Source: an uncultured Pseudomonadales bacterium | GTDB taxonomy: Bacteria; Patescibacteriota; Microgenomatia; UBA1400; CAYXSR01 | Reading direction: 5' to 3' | DNA: 64,000 bases | Assembly: GCA_964430265.1 (NCBI GenBank) | Contig: CAYSEI010000001.1 | Span: 318,987-382,986 of the forward strand | Translations under genes and position numbers: made by a program | The notes under the pieces: generated by a model | What the model saw: the letters and a program-made list of their open reading frames with translations, nothing else | What the model was told of the DNA's origin: nothing | Database searches by the model: none | In this document: positions 49,466-60,231 of the stretch, piece after piece | How positions within the stretch are numbered: position 1 is the first letter of the stretch | How the letters are laid out: each line of letters starts with the position of its first letter

Positions 49466-50648
49466 TTTTCTTTTTCATTTCTTGATAAACTTGATCCAAG
49501 TGCTTGGTAATTTGCTTCCAGTTGTACTTTCCCCTAACAAGTTTTTTTCCGGCAATCCCTATTTTATTATTCAGTTTCTTGTCTTTTAAAAGACTAGCTG
49601 TTTTATTAGCAAGTTCATCCTCCGAATCAGCAACAAAAATATTTTCTCCGTCTTTGGCATCAATTCCTTCCACACCCAGTTCTGTAGTAACAACAGGAAC
49701 ACCGCATGCCATGGATTCTAACACCTTGTATTTAGTTCCCCTGCCGTTTCTGATCGGTGCAACCAACACACTGGCTTTTTTAAAAGCATCACGAATATCC
49801 TTGATATCTTCCTTTATTTCAATCCCTTCTTTATGATTGTACTGGTTTATCTTTGCAGTAACATTTCTGCCCACAATTAAAAGCCTGGCATTTTTAACCT
49901 TTTTTTTAATCCTAGGCCAGATATCCTCAATCAGGTTTAAAGCCGCTTCCTTGTTTGGCAGCCATTTAAAATTACCGACAAAAAAAACAGTCGGCTTATC
50001 AATTTTTCTTTTCACTTGATCAAAATACTCCTCATCAATCCCATTGGCAACTACTTCAAGTTTATTTTTATCAACAGATTCTGCCATAATTTCCAGATCA
50101 TCATTGGAAACGGCAGCCAACCGGGTGGCTTTGTACCAGTAAAACTTTTCCCATTTTTTGATTTTCCAGACATCAAATAAAAGAAAAGGTTTCAAAGGCA
50201 GAAATTTAAAATTCTTGACAAATTTGGCATATACCTGGTGTTCAATAGTCTGTTCAACCAAAAGGATTGGAACCTTATCTTGCGGCACTACAGGCATCAA
50301 ATAAAACGTTTCCACATGGATCAAATCAAAATCCTTTTTATTAATCAGCTGTTCAATTTTGTTTCTAGCAGTTTTTGAAAGATATGTACAGACTAAAAAT
50401 GGATAAGGTGTAATTCCTGCCAAAAAAATATTTTTCAGTCCCCAAGTTTTTCTGCGTTTGATTAAAACCACTTCTTCGCAAAATTTTTTGAGCTCAGCTA
50501 AATGTTTTTTCTCTTCTTCTTTTCTGTAATAGCTGACCAAAGTAATTTTATGATTTTTGCTCAATTTTTTTAACAGATTGTAAGTCCGGATTTGGCCGCC
50601 GGAGACCAAAGGAAAAGGCAGATATGGAGTCAACATTAATATTTTCAT
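49455..50648 (-). CDS. Glycosyltransferase family 4
   Basis: SGGQIR, NGID, PN, GTKYKVLESMA, G.EG. Confidence 0.88.
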   Translation of the reverse strand: MKILMLTPYLPFPLVSGGQIRTYNLLKKLSKNHKITLVSYYRKEEEKKHLAELKKFCEEVVLIKRRKTWGLKNIFLAGITPYPFLVCTYLSKTARNKIEQLINKKDFDLIHVETFYLMPVVPQDKVPILLVEQTIEHQVYAKFVKNFKFLPLKPFLLFDVWKIKKWEKFYWYKATRLAAVSNDDLEIMAESVDKNKLEVVANGIDEEYFDQVKRKIDKPTVFFVGNFKWLPNKEAALNLIEDIWPRIKKKVKNARLLIVGRNVTAKINQYNHKEGIEIKEDIKDIRDAFKKASVLVAPIRNGRGTKYKVLESMACGVPVVTTELGVEGIDAKDGENIFVADSEDELANKTASLLKDKKLNNKIGIAGKKLVRGKYNWKQITKHLDQVYQEMKKKNEA

Positions 50649-50685
50649 TATTTAAATCTTTCTACAATCTATACTGTTGAATTTA

Positions 50686-52119
50686 TCAATTGTTTGTGGA
50701 TCGCAAATTTATAATCACATAATCCTTTGTTTGTTCTATCACCTGGTATTTACTGATCAAGTCCCTGGCCTCATCATCATAATTTACAGATACATAATAA
50801 TCAGCGCCTTTTTTTATTTTATCCTGGATTTCAAATCCGATTGGCCAGCCCCTTCTTTTTGTCTGGTACAAAAAAGCCGTGTCCCCGTTATATGGAGCAA
50901 TTACTAATGCATCTTCCGGTACTTTTTCCTGTACAGCTTTTCCTGCCTTAACTATTGCGGGGTTGTTAATATTAAAAAATCCTTTGACTTCGTAGAAAGA
51001 AAAAGCCAGTGTAAAAATTAAAAAGATTACAGCAATTAAAGCTTTGTAATATGATATTAAATATCTAGCCAATCCAACTGCCATAACAGTTACTAGCGAA
51101 GGAACAACTATTATTTGGTAATAGTCGTGTCTCACATTTCCTGTGGCAAAAATTGTTATGTATAAAATAAAGCTGAGGAAAAAAAGAATAGGATATCTAT
51201 ATTTCTTTACATGGGTTAATCCTAATCCAAGGAAAAACAAACCATAATAACCTAGAATAAGTTTTCCCAGTCTTTCAGCAAATATCCAGCGGAAAAAAGC
51301 CGGCCGGAAACGGATTCCGTCGCCATTTAAAAGCCAGGTATATGCAGGTATTCCTTCTGGATAATTCTTAATCCAACTACGCCATAATAAAAAAGGAGCT
51401 ACCGCCAATATGGATAAAAATGCTGGCAGTATGTATTTTTTTAAATCCTTTTTATATTCTTTAACAGTTAAATAAACTAATGGCAGATAGAAAAATACTG
51501 CAGTGGGTTTAACTAAAAACGAGGCGGATGTGAAAAAAGTAAAAAGGATTAATAATAAAAGATTGTCTTTTTTCAGATATTGGTAAAAGATGTAGGAAGC
51601 ACTCAGGCTTAAACAAACTAAAAGCGGTTCAGGTAAAATGACCCGAGAATAAAAAATATTAAAAGGTAAAAACATAAACAAAAAAAGTGACCAAAAAGCT
51701 ATTTTTTTGTTCGTGATTTGTTTTAAAAGTAAATATAGAAAAAGACCGGAAGACATTGAACAGAATATGGAAACAAGCCTGCCTGCACCTTCAAAAGTCA
51801 AAGGCAGAAATCTTAATATTTTGTCAGTTAAGAAATGAAAAAAGTTAAACAGAGGAAACTCTACCATCCTATACCCTTCAGGATTAAACTTACCTGACTG
51901 AATATTGGAAATATCAAAATATTTTGGCTTTAAGAGGTTAATCCCTTCTTTTTTAAATCTGTAGCTTACTGCTGCAGTGTCTGTCTGCCTCCAGGAATGC
52001 CAGTCTGCCAAAGGAAAATTAATTCTGTACAAGCGGAATAAAAATCCAAGCAAAAATATTAAAACTAGGATTATTCTGCTTTTGTAGATTTTGTTTAAAA
52101 CTTTATTAAATTCAATCAT
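50686..52119 (-). CDS. GT-C (ArnT/PMT-like, GT39/83) membrane glycosyltransferase
   Basis: WRQTDTA, EFPL, GRLVS, YSR..LPE, LVKP; many TM segments. Confidence 0.8.
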   Translation of the reverse strand: MIEFNKVLNKIYKSRIILVLIFLLGFLFRLYRINFPLADWHSWRQTDTAAVSYRFKKEGINLLKPKYFDISNIQSGKFNPEGYRMVEFPLFNFFHFLTDKILRFLPLTFEGAGRLVSIFCSMSSGLFLYLLLKQITNKKIAFWSLFLFMFLPFNIFYSRVILPEPLLVCLSLSASYIFYQYLKKDNLLLLILFTFFTSASFLVKPTAVFFYLPLVYLTVKEYKKDLKKYILPAFLSILAVAPFLLWRSWIKNYPEGIPAYTWLLNGDGIRFRPAFFRWIFAERLGKLILGYYGLFFLGLGLTHVKKYRYPILFFLSFILYITIFATGNVRHDYYQIIVVPSLVTVMAVGLARYLISYYKALIAVIFLIFTLAFSFYEVKGFFNINNPAIVKAGKAVQEKVPEDALVIAPYNGDTAFLYQTKRRGWPIGFEIQDKIKKGADYYVSVNYDDEARDLISKYQVIEQTKDYVIINLRSTNN

Positions 52120-52209
52120 TTATTAATTGTCACAACTTTTTATGTATTTTCTTTATATCTTATATTTTTTTATATATTTTATTTATATAATAACTACTTA
52201 AACTAAATA

Positions 52210-53841
52210 TTAATTTTCTTCCCTTATAAGTTTCTTGGTCAGGCTCATCATCAGACCGGACAAAGCCCAGAAAGTAAAAGCAACTTTTGAAGCTTCAAAA
52301 ACATCAATATACAAAGCATTGATTAACAAGCCCAAAGTTCCGGCCAAAAATCCGATTAATGGAAAAAGATCCCAGTAATCAAGCCTGCTAATGTTTTGTC
52401 TAAGTGCTTTAAAGCCCCGTACCACTATTTTGTAGATAATAAGCATGAAAGTAACCAGTCCAAGCAGTCCGGTCTCTCCTAACATTCTTAAATAGTCGTT
52501 GTCTGTTGATTCTGCATAGGTAAAATCAGTTACTTTATCTTTTGTCAAAGTTGCATATCCAGTTCCCAAAAAAGGATTTTTCAAAAACCTGTTAATTGCT
52601 CTGGGCCACAGCATATCAAACCTGATAGCACCTGATAAACCAAATGTGTAAGCTGTATCTGAATAAGTTCTTTTTTCCGCGCTGGTTGTGGTAACTTTTG
52701 TACCATCTGCACTGATTGTACTCTCCTCTACTTCAATAGGGATATCATTGTATACATCAGGCGGCAGGTCACCTTCTCTCTGTCTTCTTTCTTCTTCTTC
52801 CCTTCTTGCCGTCTCTTCCGGCGTTTCACTTTCTTTTGGCTGTGCAGGCATATCAGTTTTATCAACTAGCAAGCTTTCATCACCTTTTCTTGGTCTTTTA
52901 CTGCCGCCGCCGATCCCAAGTTTTTCTTCTGCATGATAAGCTACATATTTTTTAATCTGGTCAACCTTAAAAAAATGTGCATATCTGCCAGCCAGATCAC
53001 TGAAAAAAAACATCATAAAAAAGCTGACAATTAAAATTCCAATTGTCCAGTAAACGCCTCTCATTTTTTCTACCAAAACCCAAATAAATATACCTAAGGA
53101 TAAAACACCGGCAAGATAAGCTATAAAAGAGGTTCTGGATGAAGTTAATAATAGAACATAAAATGAATTAACAAAAACAAAACCCCAGAAAATCCTTTCT
53201 TTTCTTTGTCTTAATATCATGCCTGCAATTGCAATGGGTAAAGTAAAAACCATGTAGGCTGATAAATCATAATGTCCGGCAAATGTTGAGGAAACACGTG
53301 CATGTTCACGCAAGTATAAAAGTGTTCCTTTGGAAAATTCTCTGTTCATGGTCTGGATTGCGGGCCAGTCAAATATTTTTTGACCAAATCCATAGATGCT
53401 TGCAGCCAACATTGTAATGCCAAGTACACTAATTGCTGCGCGGATCTGTTTTTTTGATCTAGCTGAAGAATAAAAAATGAAAAACAAGGAAAAATACTCA
53501 ATCCTGCGGAAGTAGTGTAAAAATAGTTTACCAATATGAATTGGCTGTAATGGCACGGTTTTGGTAATAAAAAGAGCAGACAAGCAGGATAATAAACCGA
53601 CTAATAAGTATAGGCCAAAGAATTTAGCCAGCTTCCAGTCAATTCTGGCTTTTTTACGGATAAGCTGAATAATAAACAAGAGAAAGGCAAAAGCAACAAT
53701 TAAATCTTCAATTCTCAGTCTAACAATGTATCCGGGCAAAACTTCTGTTAGCGGGAATTTAGGATACAAAGGAATAAATGCCAAAAGAAACAGGCTTAAA
53801 ATATATAAAAAATGGTTATAAATATATTTTAGTATTTTCAT
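52210..53841 (-). CDS. O-antigen ligase/polymerase-like membrane protein
   Basis: RV.STFAGHYD, LTSSRTS, NPFLGTG, DNDYLRMLGETGLLG; large charged loop. Confidence 0.8.
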   Translation of the reverse strand: MKILKYIYNHFLYILSLFLLAFIPLYPKFPLTEVLPGYIVRLRIEDLIVAFAFLLFIIQLIRKKARIDWKLAKFFGLYLLVGLLSCLSALFITKTVPLQPIHIGKLFLHYFRRIEYFSLFFIFYSSARSKKQIRAAISVLGITMLAASIYGFGQKIFDWPAIQTMNREFSKGTLLYLREHARVSSTFAGHYDLSAYMVFTLPIAIAGMILRQRKERIFWGFVFVNSFYVLLLTSSRTSFIAYLAGVLSLGIFIWVLVEKMRGVYWTIGILIVSFFMMFFFSDLAGRYAHFFKVDQIKKYVAYHAEEKLGIGGGSKRPRKGDESLLVDKTDMPAQPKESETPEETARREEEERRQREGDLPPDVYNDIPIEVEESTISADGTKVTTTSAEKRTYSDTAYTFGLSGAIRFDMLWPRAINRFLKNPFLGTGYATLTKDKVTDFTYAESTDNDYLRMLGETGLLGLVTFMLIIYKIVVRGFKALRQNISRLDYWDLFPLIGFLAGTLGLLINALYIDVFEASKVAFTFWALSGLMMSLTKKLIREEN

Positions 53842-53938
53842 CTTACTCTTTTATTTTATCTCTTATGTTTATTTATCTATTTGAGTGTATATTGCTTTTT
53901 GCTATTTGTTTTGTATATTTTTATTCGTATAGTGATAT

Positions 53939-54583
53939 TTACTGAAATGCTCGTGTTCTGCCGATTCGGTAATCAAGCTTTTCAACTTCCCTATCCATTA
54001 TTTTTTTTGCGGGTACACCACCGACAACTGTTTTGGCTAGAACATCTTTGGTTACAACTGCTCCGGCGGCAACTACGGCACCCTTCCCTATTTTGACTCC
54101 CGGAAGGATAATTGCCCGCGGGCCAATAAACACATAGTCTTCAATAATTACTTTGTCATTAACAGCTTTAAAATCATCTGCATGAATATTATGCTCTGAA
54201 TTATATATCATTACTTCTGAAGCAATTGATACATGATCCCCTATTTTCAATTTGTCTCTTCCATCTAAAAAGGTGCGGTATCCAATAACTGTATCTTTAC
54301 CAATTTCCACGCCGGAAGGCTTAAAAAAACGTGCTCCAGTATGCATTTTACTGCCTTTTCCTATTTTAACCCCTGCAAGCATAAAGATCGGCTTTCTTAG
54401 GATCCATAAAGGAAACCAGGCCCACCAGTAAAGAAGCATTAATAAAAAATCAATAAATAGATTGTCCAAGCGGTTAAATATTTTTGTCATACCTTTACTT
54501 GAATCCAACTTTTTTCCGTCTTTGTCATAAAAAATGACTTTAGGCGGAATAACTTTGATTTCTATATTATTATTTACCTTCAT
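53939..54583 (-). CDS. Hexapeptide-repeat O-acyltransferase
   Basis: IGKG/IGDH repeats, [31 protein letters not shown]. Confidence 0.9.
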   Translation of the reverse strand: MKVNNNIEIKVIPPKVIFYDKDGKKLDSSKGMTKIFNRLDNLFIDFLLMLLYWWAWFPLWILRKPIFMLAGVKIGKGSKMHTGARFFKPSGVEIGKDTVIGYRTFLDGRDKLKIGDHVSIASEVMIYNSEHNIHADDFKAVNDKVIIEDYVFIGPRAIILPGVKIGKGAVVAAGAVVTKDVLAKTVVGGVPAKKIMDREVEKLDYRIGRTRAFQ

Positions 54584-54585
54584 TA

Positions 54586-54738
54586 TTATTTATCTTTATT
54601 TATTACTGATTTGTTTAATTTTCTAGCTAGATCTTTCAGATCTTCAAGAGAACGTTCATCCAGGTTTTTGTCTTTAATAATTTCTTCAGCTGCTTGTTCT
54701 TCAGTGTTGGGTTTATTATTTATATTATTTTCACACAT
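54586..54738 (-). CDS. Small 50-aa hypothetical protein (not in the ORF track)
   Basis: [50 protein letters not shown]; fills the gap and ends TAA-TAATG into the acyltransferase start. Confidence 0.5.
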   Translation of the reverse strand: MCENNINNKPNTEEQAAEEIIKDKNLDERSLEDLKDLARKLNKSVINKDK

Positions 54739-54793
54739 TTTATTTGTTTAAATTATATTTCTTGATAATCCTTTAAAATTACTTAATCTGATT

Positions 54794-56041
54794 TTAATTG
54801 TTTTCAGCAATATCTGCTAAATTTTCTAAAACCTCTTTTGCCGACTCTTTCCAGGAAAAGCTTTTTACTCTGTTATACCCCCAATTTATCAGCTTTTTTC
54901 TCTCTGTTTGAGTTAATTTTAACACTTTACGCAAGGATTTATCAATTTCCTCTGTTTTTTCCGGCTCATCTATATATACAGCAGCATCTTTAGCCACCTC
55001 AGGCAGACTGGCAACTTTAGAACAGACAACAGGCGTGCCTAACTGCATTGCCTCAAGAACAGGTATTCCAAAACCCTCCCATAACGAAGGTAAAACAAAA
55101 GCTTTAGCTTTTTTTATTAAGGCTTTTTTCTTTTCTTCTGATAAAAAACCAGTAAAAATTACTTCTTCCTCCAAATTATATTCTTTAACTAGTGCAAATA
55201 TTTCTTTATACAGCCAGCCTTTTTTACCGGCTATCACTAGTTTAAGTTGTTTAAATTCATTTTCTTTTTTTAGATTATTAAAGGCTTTAATCAGTCTTTT
55301 AATGTTTTTGCTCGGCTTAAGTGTGCCTAAATATATTATGTAAGGACTTTTTATATTTATTTCTAGCTGTTCTTGTATATTCTCTATTTTCTTTTCTTTT
55401 TTAAAAGCATCCATATTTCCCGTTTCTTTTGTTGAACTACCATTTTCTTGTTTTTCTTTTGTTTGTATATTTATTGCAGGATAAATAACTTCAACTTTGT
55501 CTTTGTTAATTTTGTATTTATCTAAAATATCTTTTTTACTAAACTCTGAAATTGTAAAAATTTTGTCTGCTTTTTTTGCTGAAAGCTTTGTCCAGTATTT
55601 AAGCTGGAGAAAATCTTTTTTGGTAAATTGTTCTGGCCAGCGTAAAAAGCCCAAATCCATTATTGAAATAGCAAAAGGAATTGGAGAAAACAAAGGGCCG
55701 TAATGTGAAGGCGAAAATAAAACATCAGGCCTGGGCTTTTTTAAATACAGTCTTTTAACCAAGCCTGTCCAGGTCCAAAACTTTTTTGGTCCAAAAACTT
55801 CATACTTCCACCATTCATTTTCTTCAGGCATGTCAGGTAAAGGTTTTTCTTGCAAAAAGATTCTAAACTGAAGATCAGAAAAAATATTTTTGTTTTTTCC
55901 ATCTTTATTATTCTTTTCCTCTTTGTTATTTTTGCTTTGTTTTTTTAACTGATAAATATTTTTAATAATCTGATAGCTAAAAATATTTACCCCTACCCTG
56001 TTTTTAATATTGGCTTCATTTGCATCAATTGCTACAAGCAT
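54794..56041 (-). CDS. Glycosyltransferase family 4
   Basis: IDANEAN..RVGV, MDL, KNI, EGFGIPVLEAM, SLPEV. Confidence 0.9.
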   Translation of the reverse strand: MLVAIDANEANIKNRVGVNIFSYQIIKNIYQLKKQSKNNKEEKNNKDGKNKNIFSDLQFRIFLQEKPLPDMPEENEWWKYEVFGPKKFWTWTGLVKRLYLKKPRPDVLFSPSHYGPLFSPIPFAISIMDLGFLRWPEQFTKKDFLQLKYWTKLSAKKADKIFTISEFSKKDILDKYKINKDKVEVIYPAINIQTKEKQENGSSTKETGNMDAFKKEKKIENIQEQLEINIKSPYIIYLGTLKPSKNIKRLIKAFNNLKKENEFKQLKLVIAGKKGWLYKEIFALVKEYNLEEEVIFTGFLSEEKKKALIKKAKAFVLPSLWEGFGIPVLEAMQLGTPVVCSKVASLPEVAKDAAVYIDEPEKTEEIDKSLRKVLKLTQTERKKLINWGYNRVKSFSWKESAKEVLENLADIAENN

Positions 56042-57265
56042 CTATTCCTCCCTGATTTTTGTGAATATAAATACAAGTCCGCTGACAAAAAAGAATACTT
56101 CCGTGCACAGCTTGACCCATGCCGGTGCATAAAATGACCATCTGGGTATTAAAATCAAGTTGGCAATAACAGCAAAGATAAGACCTAATGAATACCAGGA
56201 TAAATACTGTTTAAGCTTTTCTCCGGCAATAACCACACTTGAAGTAACAGAATTAAGAAAAAATAAGATATTTACCAGTGAATATATTTTTAATACATTT
56301 ACAGCAGGCTGGTAACGGCTGCCAAAGAATAATTTTATAATCAAAGGCGCAGAAAAAAATAGTATTAAGGAAACAGGGATACTGACTAAAAGCAGATATT
56401 TAAGGCCTTTTTTATATTCTTTTATCCATTTATGGTTGTTTAAAAGCTTTTTTGTTATATGCGGGAAAAACACCCTGCCGATTGAAGAAGGCAGTAAAAT
56501 AAGTGCTTCAATAAATTGGAAAGCAGAAGTATACATGGCTACATCCTGGTCAGTTTTTATCTGTCCCAGAAGAATAACATCAAGTCTAAAGTAAAAAATT
56601 GAAAGCACAGAAAAAAGAAAATACGGCCAGACACTTTGAATAGCTTTTTTTGCTGAAATTTTTTTTAATGAAGGCATTAACTTGAGGTTGTATTTGTTAA
56701 TAAAAGCAAGATCAATAATTACTATTAGAAAATATGTTATAGGTGGAACCCAGAAAAGGAAAACCAGCGGCGGTTTAACAAACCAGGCAAAAATAGATAA
56801 GAGGAAATATGATAGTGCAGCTAAAACATAGTTGCGAAACATACCTTTAAAGTTTTGCAGACCTAAATATATGTTGTTTAAAGTAACAAAAATTAATCCC
56901 GGAAACATATGCAGTCCGTATATGGCAATTCCTGTTATTTTTCTTGCATCCAAATCCATTAATAATGCAAGCAGTAACATTGCTATATATACTGCAGCAG
57001 CAACTACAAAACGCAAAGCAACACCAAAATTAAAATATTTGTTTACATTTTTCCTTTTTTTAACCACTTTTAAGGTAAGATATTTTTCCAGGCCCAAGTC
57101 AGCAATGGTATAGGCCAATGCAACAAAATACAAAACATAATTAAAAAGACCAAAATCACTTACCGGATAAAACCTTGCTAAAGCAATTAGGAATATAAAT
57201 CCGGAGGCTTTGCGTAAAACTGTTCCTAATGTTATCAAAAAAGAATCTTTTACTAATTTTTTCAT
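56042..57265 (-). CDS. Wzx-like flippase (MOP family)
   Basis: About 12 TM, LAR, D.GL, R.D..LLG, Y..A, NLILIP. Confidence 0.85.
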   Translation of the reverse strand: MKKLVKDSFLITLGTVLRKASGFIFLIALARFYPVSDFGLFNYVLYFVALAYTIADLGLEKYLTLKVVKKRKNVNKYFNFGVALRFVVAAAVYIAMLLLALLMDLDARKITGIAIYGLHMFPGLIFVTLNNIYLGLQNFKGMFRNYVLAALSYFLLSIFAWFVKPPLVFLFWVPPITYFLIVIIDLAFINKYNLKLMPSLKKISAKKAIQSVWPYFLFSVLSIFYFRLDVILLGQIKTDQDVAMYTSAFQFIEALILLPSSIGRVFFPHITKKLLNNHKWIKEYKKGLKYLLLVSIPVSLILFFSAPLIIKLFFGSRYQPAVNVLKIYSLVNILFFLNSVTSSVVIAGEKLKQYLSWYSLGLIFAVIANLILIPRWSFYAPAWVKLCTEVFFFVSGLVFIFTKIREE

Positions 57266-58410
57266 ATTTTTAAGTTCATGTAATTTATAAGCCTTGCTTT
57301 TTTATATATTTCCAAGGTCTTTTTAGCTGTTTTTTCCCAGGAAAACTTTTTTAGTTGCTCTCTGCCTTTTTCTTTTAATTTATTTAATTCATCAGAGGAT
57401 GAAGATATTGCTAATATTTTTTCAATTCCTTTTGTAATTGAATGCGGATTTTTAGGATCAACTTTAATACCTGCATTTCCGCTTACTTCCGGCAGACTGG
57501 AAACATTGGAAACAATTACCGGGCAGTCCATGCTTAAAGCTTCCAAAACAGGCAGTCCAAACCCTTCATATAAAGAAGGAAAAACTGCACAAACTGCTTG
57601 TGAGTACAAAGCTTTTAGTTCTGAAAAACAAACAAATCCGGTGCTAACAATTCTTTTTTGCAGGTTTGCATCATTTAAAAGTTCAGCTGTTTCCTTTTTT
57701 GCCCACATTGGAGTGCCGATTAAAACCAGTTTTATATCCTTATCTTTCAACTGCTTAAATGCTTTTAAAAGATTTTTTAAGTTTTTACGCGGGTTTCTGG
57801 CTGCATCAGAAATTATATATTTGTCTAGTTTTAGTTTTTTAACTATATTAAAATCCGGCTCTGCTTTTTTAAATCCTTCACTTAAAGCACCATAAACTAC
57901 TTCAATCCTGTTGGGTTTAATATCAAATAGATTGATTAAATCTTTTTTTGTGCTTTTGGAGTCAGCAATTATTATTTTGCTTTCTTTTTTAATTAGTGCT
58001 AGTTTTCTTTTAAATACCTGAATTATTTTTTCATCATGCATTTTAGGAAACAAAAAAGGTGCCAGATCATGAACTGTGGTTACTTTAACTGCTTTTGCTT
58101 TTGGCTCTGTCCAGTCGCTGCTGTGAAAAACATCTACTTTGCCAGTAAAAAACTCAATACTGGGCACTCTTAGTTGATTAAAAAGTATTTGGCTTAATGT
58201 AGGCGGAAGCTTGTTAAATTTAGCCACAGAATTTTTATTCTGCACTTTTTTATACATTTTCTGCAGATTTTCATATTTGCGCAAAGAGTTTCCATAAATT
58301 ATGTATTGGTTTTGTTTATCTATCTGAAGCAGATTTTTAACCAGATTACTGCGGAAAACAGCCACACCGCCCTGGTGTACGGTCTGACTGATATCTATTC
58401 CTATTTTCAT
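57262..58410 (-). CDS. Glycosyltransferase family 4 (MtfB-like)
   Basis: IGIDIS, TVHDL, PRKN, YEGFGLPVLEA. Confidence 0.9.
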   Translation of the reverse strand: MKIGIDISQTVHQGGVAVFRSNLVKNLLQIDKQNQYIIYGNSLRKYENLQKMYKKVQNKNSVAKFNKLPPTLSQILFNQLRVPSIEFFTGKVDVFHSSDWTEPKAKAVKVTTVHDLAPFLFPKMHDEKIIQVFKRKLALIKKESKIIIADSKSTKKDLINLFDIKPNRIEVVYGALSEGFKKAEPDFNIVKKLKLDKYIISDAARNPRKNLKNLLKAFKQLKDKDIKLVLIGTPMWAKKETAELLNDANLQKRIVSTGFVCFSELKALYSQAVCAVFPSLYEGFGLPVLEALSMDCPVIVSNVSSLPEVSGNAGIKVDPKNPHSITKGIEKILAISSSSDELNKLKEKGREQLKKFSWEKTAKKTLEIYKKARLINYMNLKI

Positions 58411-58414
58411 AAAT

Positions 58415-59800
58415 TCAATTATACCAAGAGGTAAGCCTTCTGACTACCAAAACCTGTTTTTCTTTTTTCATCCACTCCTCTACTGTGACAGAGTTGAAGT
58501 TGACCACGTTCTGGTATTCATAACCCAATTTTTCCAAGCGGGCTTTTTTTTCATGCTCCGGATCTATAATGTTTTCTCCGTAGGTGACAAAATATATTTT
58601 GTTTTTTTTCAAGCTTTTAATACTGGTGGTATAAGTAACATGGTAATATGCCAGCGGTTCAGTAAACTCCTGAAAAGCAAGCACCTGGATGTTCTGGCGC
58701 TGTTTATTTTCATTTAAATACTGAGCTGCTCCTTGCCAGTTTTCCCTAAGATTACCAGGATTATTAAAAAAAACAACAAGGATTAAAAGGTTAAGTATCA
58801 CTAGATATCTGTCCAGCCACTTTTTTTGTTTTCCTGCAAGTTTGGAAACTCCCAGACTCACCATTAAATACACTGCAGGCAGACAGTATAAAAAGCGGAA
58901 GTAAGTAAAAAGAGGCGTTATAAAGCTAATAATAAATCCGGCAATAAGAGGTAAAACTAGCCAGTTTAAAACAAGTAGTGACTTGGCTTTTTTGCTTTTT
59001 AATAATCCAACAATACTTAAAAATGCATAAACTAAAATACTTAAAACTGCGGTAATATACATAAAGATTTTTCTTTTAAATGTTGTTCTTCCCAAAATAA
59101 ATTTGACTGGAAAAAGAAAAACGTTTTTTAAAGTTGGCCTGCCCAGTGCCTGTGCCCAGGTGCTTAATTCCTGAGTGGCAGTCATAGCAAAATTTAACTG
59201 TTTTCTAAATACAGGCAGCCAAAGGGAAAAGATTAAAAGAAAAGGGATTAGAAAGTATATTATTTTTTTGGGCTTTTCTTTTCGTAGGGTTAAATAAATT
59301 AAAACAAGCGGGGAAAAGATTGTTAAATAATGGGTCATAAAGGCTAAAGCAAAAAAAACACCAGAAACTATATATTTTTTATTGTTCTTAAGTTTTAAAA
59401 ATGAATAAAACATTAAAATTACGAAAAAAGCAGCCAAAGAATATGCCCTGGCCTCCTGGGAATAGTAGATGTGCAAAGGCGAGGTTGCCAAAAGCAGAGC
59501 CGGAAGCTTGGCTTTTTTAATTTTTAACAATTTAGCAATCTTGTAGATTAAATATACTGAGGCTATTCCAGAAACTACAGAAATGCTTCTTAAAATAATT
59601 TCTGAGCTGCCAAATAGATTAACAACACTTTTTAAAACAAGGTAATATAGGGGCGGGTTAAAGTCAGTAGGCATAAACTCGCTTATAATCTCTGTGTATG
59701 AATATTGTATTGCTACTTGAGCGCTGATTGCTTCATCAAGCCAAAGAGATTGGTTAATCTTGATTAATCTTAGAAGAAATCCAAATAGCAAAAAGATCAT
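58415..59800 (-). CDS. GT-C (PMT/GT39-like) membrane glycosyltransferase
   Basis: SLWLDEA, D.NPPLYY, YYSQEARAY, RENW; many TM segments. Confidence 0.82.
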   Translation of the reverse strand: MIFLLFGFLLRLIKINQSLWLDEAISAQVAIQYSYTEIISEFMPTDFNPPLYYLVLKSVVNLFGSSEIILRSISVVSGIASVYLIYKIAKLLKIKKAKLPALLLATSPLHIYYSQEARAYSLAAFFVILMFYSFLKLKNNKKYIVSGVFFALAFMTHYLTIFSPLVLIYLTLRKEKPKKIIYFLIPFLLIFSLWLPVFRKQLNFAMTATQELSTWAQALGRPTLKNVFLFPVKFILGRTTFKRKIFMYITAVLSILVYAFLSIVGLLKSKKAKSLLVLNWLVLPLIAGFIISFITPLFTYFRFLYCLPAVYLMVSLGVSKLAGKQKKWLDRYLVILNLLILVVFFNNPGNLRENWQGAAQYLNENKQRQNIQVLAFQEFTEPLAYYHVTYTTSIKSLKKNKIYFVTYGENIIDPEHEKKARLEKLGYEYQNVVNFNSVTVEEWMKKEKQVLVVRRLTSWYN

Positions 59801-59808
59801 TAAAAATA

Positions 59809-60231
59809 CTATTCCTTAATAAATTGCTCATATATCTGGTATGCAAATTTCTCTAAATCATTCACATCTTCTTTGTAGTCATAAAAAACTCTGTTAAAGT
59901 CAATTTCTTGATATCCATGCACAATAATATTTCTAAAACTACATGCCAAAGCTAGGTTATTAGCAGTTTCTTCTTTGATAAACCCCTTTCTCCCAAGCAA
60001 AATAAATACATTTCTTGCTGTTTCCTGTCTAGGCAGATTATGACTAGCCAAAATATGTGTAGCTATATCTATTGCTGTTTCAACAGCCTGTTGCAAGCGG
60101 AAAGATAATAACTGTTGAGTATCAAGATCTTCAACTAACCCCTCTTCTGTAAAATTCATATCTTTAATCTGTTTAAGATAGTCTTTTAAAATGGCTAGCT
60201 TCTTTTTTAGAAGATCTTTATTTATTTTCAC
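59809..60231 (-). CDS. HepT-like HEPN RNase toxin (DUF86); probable start GTG 60231
   Basis: RNIIVHGY = RX4HXY motif; downstream of an MNT gene. Confidence 0.88.
   Translation of the reverse strand: MKINKDLLKKKLAILKDYLKQIKDMNFTEEGLVEDLDTQQLLSFRLQQAVETAIDIATHILASHNLPRQETARNVFILLGRKGFIKEETANNLALACSFRNIIVHGYQEIDFNRVFYDYKEDVNDLEKFAYQIYEQFIKE

Noticed and set aside
55380-55950. Lys/Asn/Glu-rich insertions in GT4 as an intein or mobile insert
   Set aside because: Short low-complexity in-frame loops without intein (C...HN) motifs or terminal repeats.
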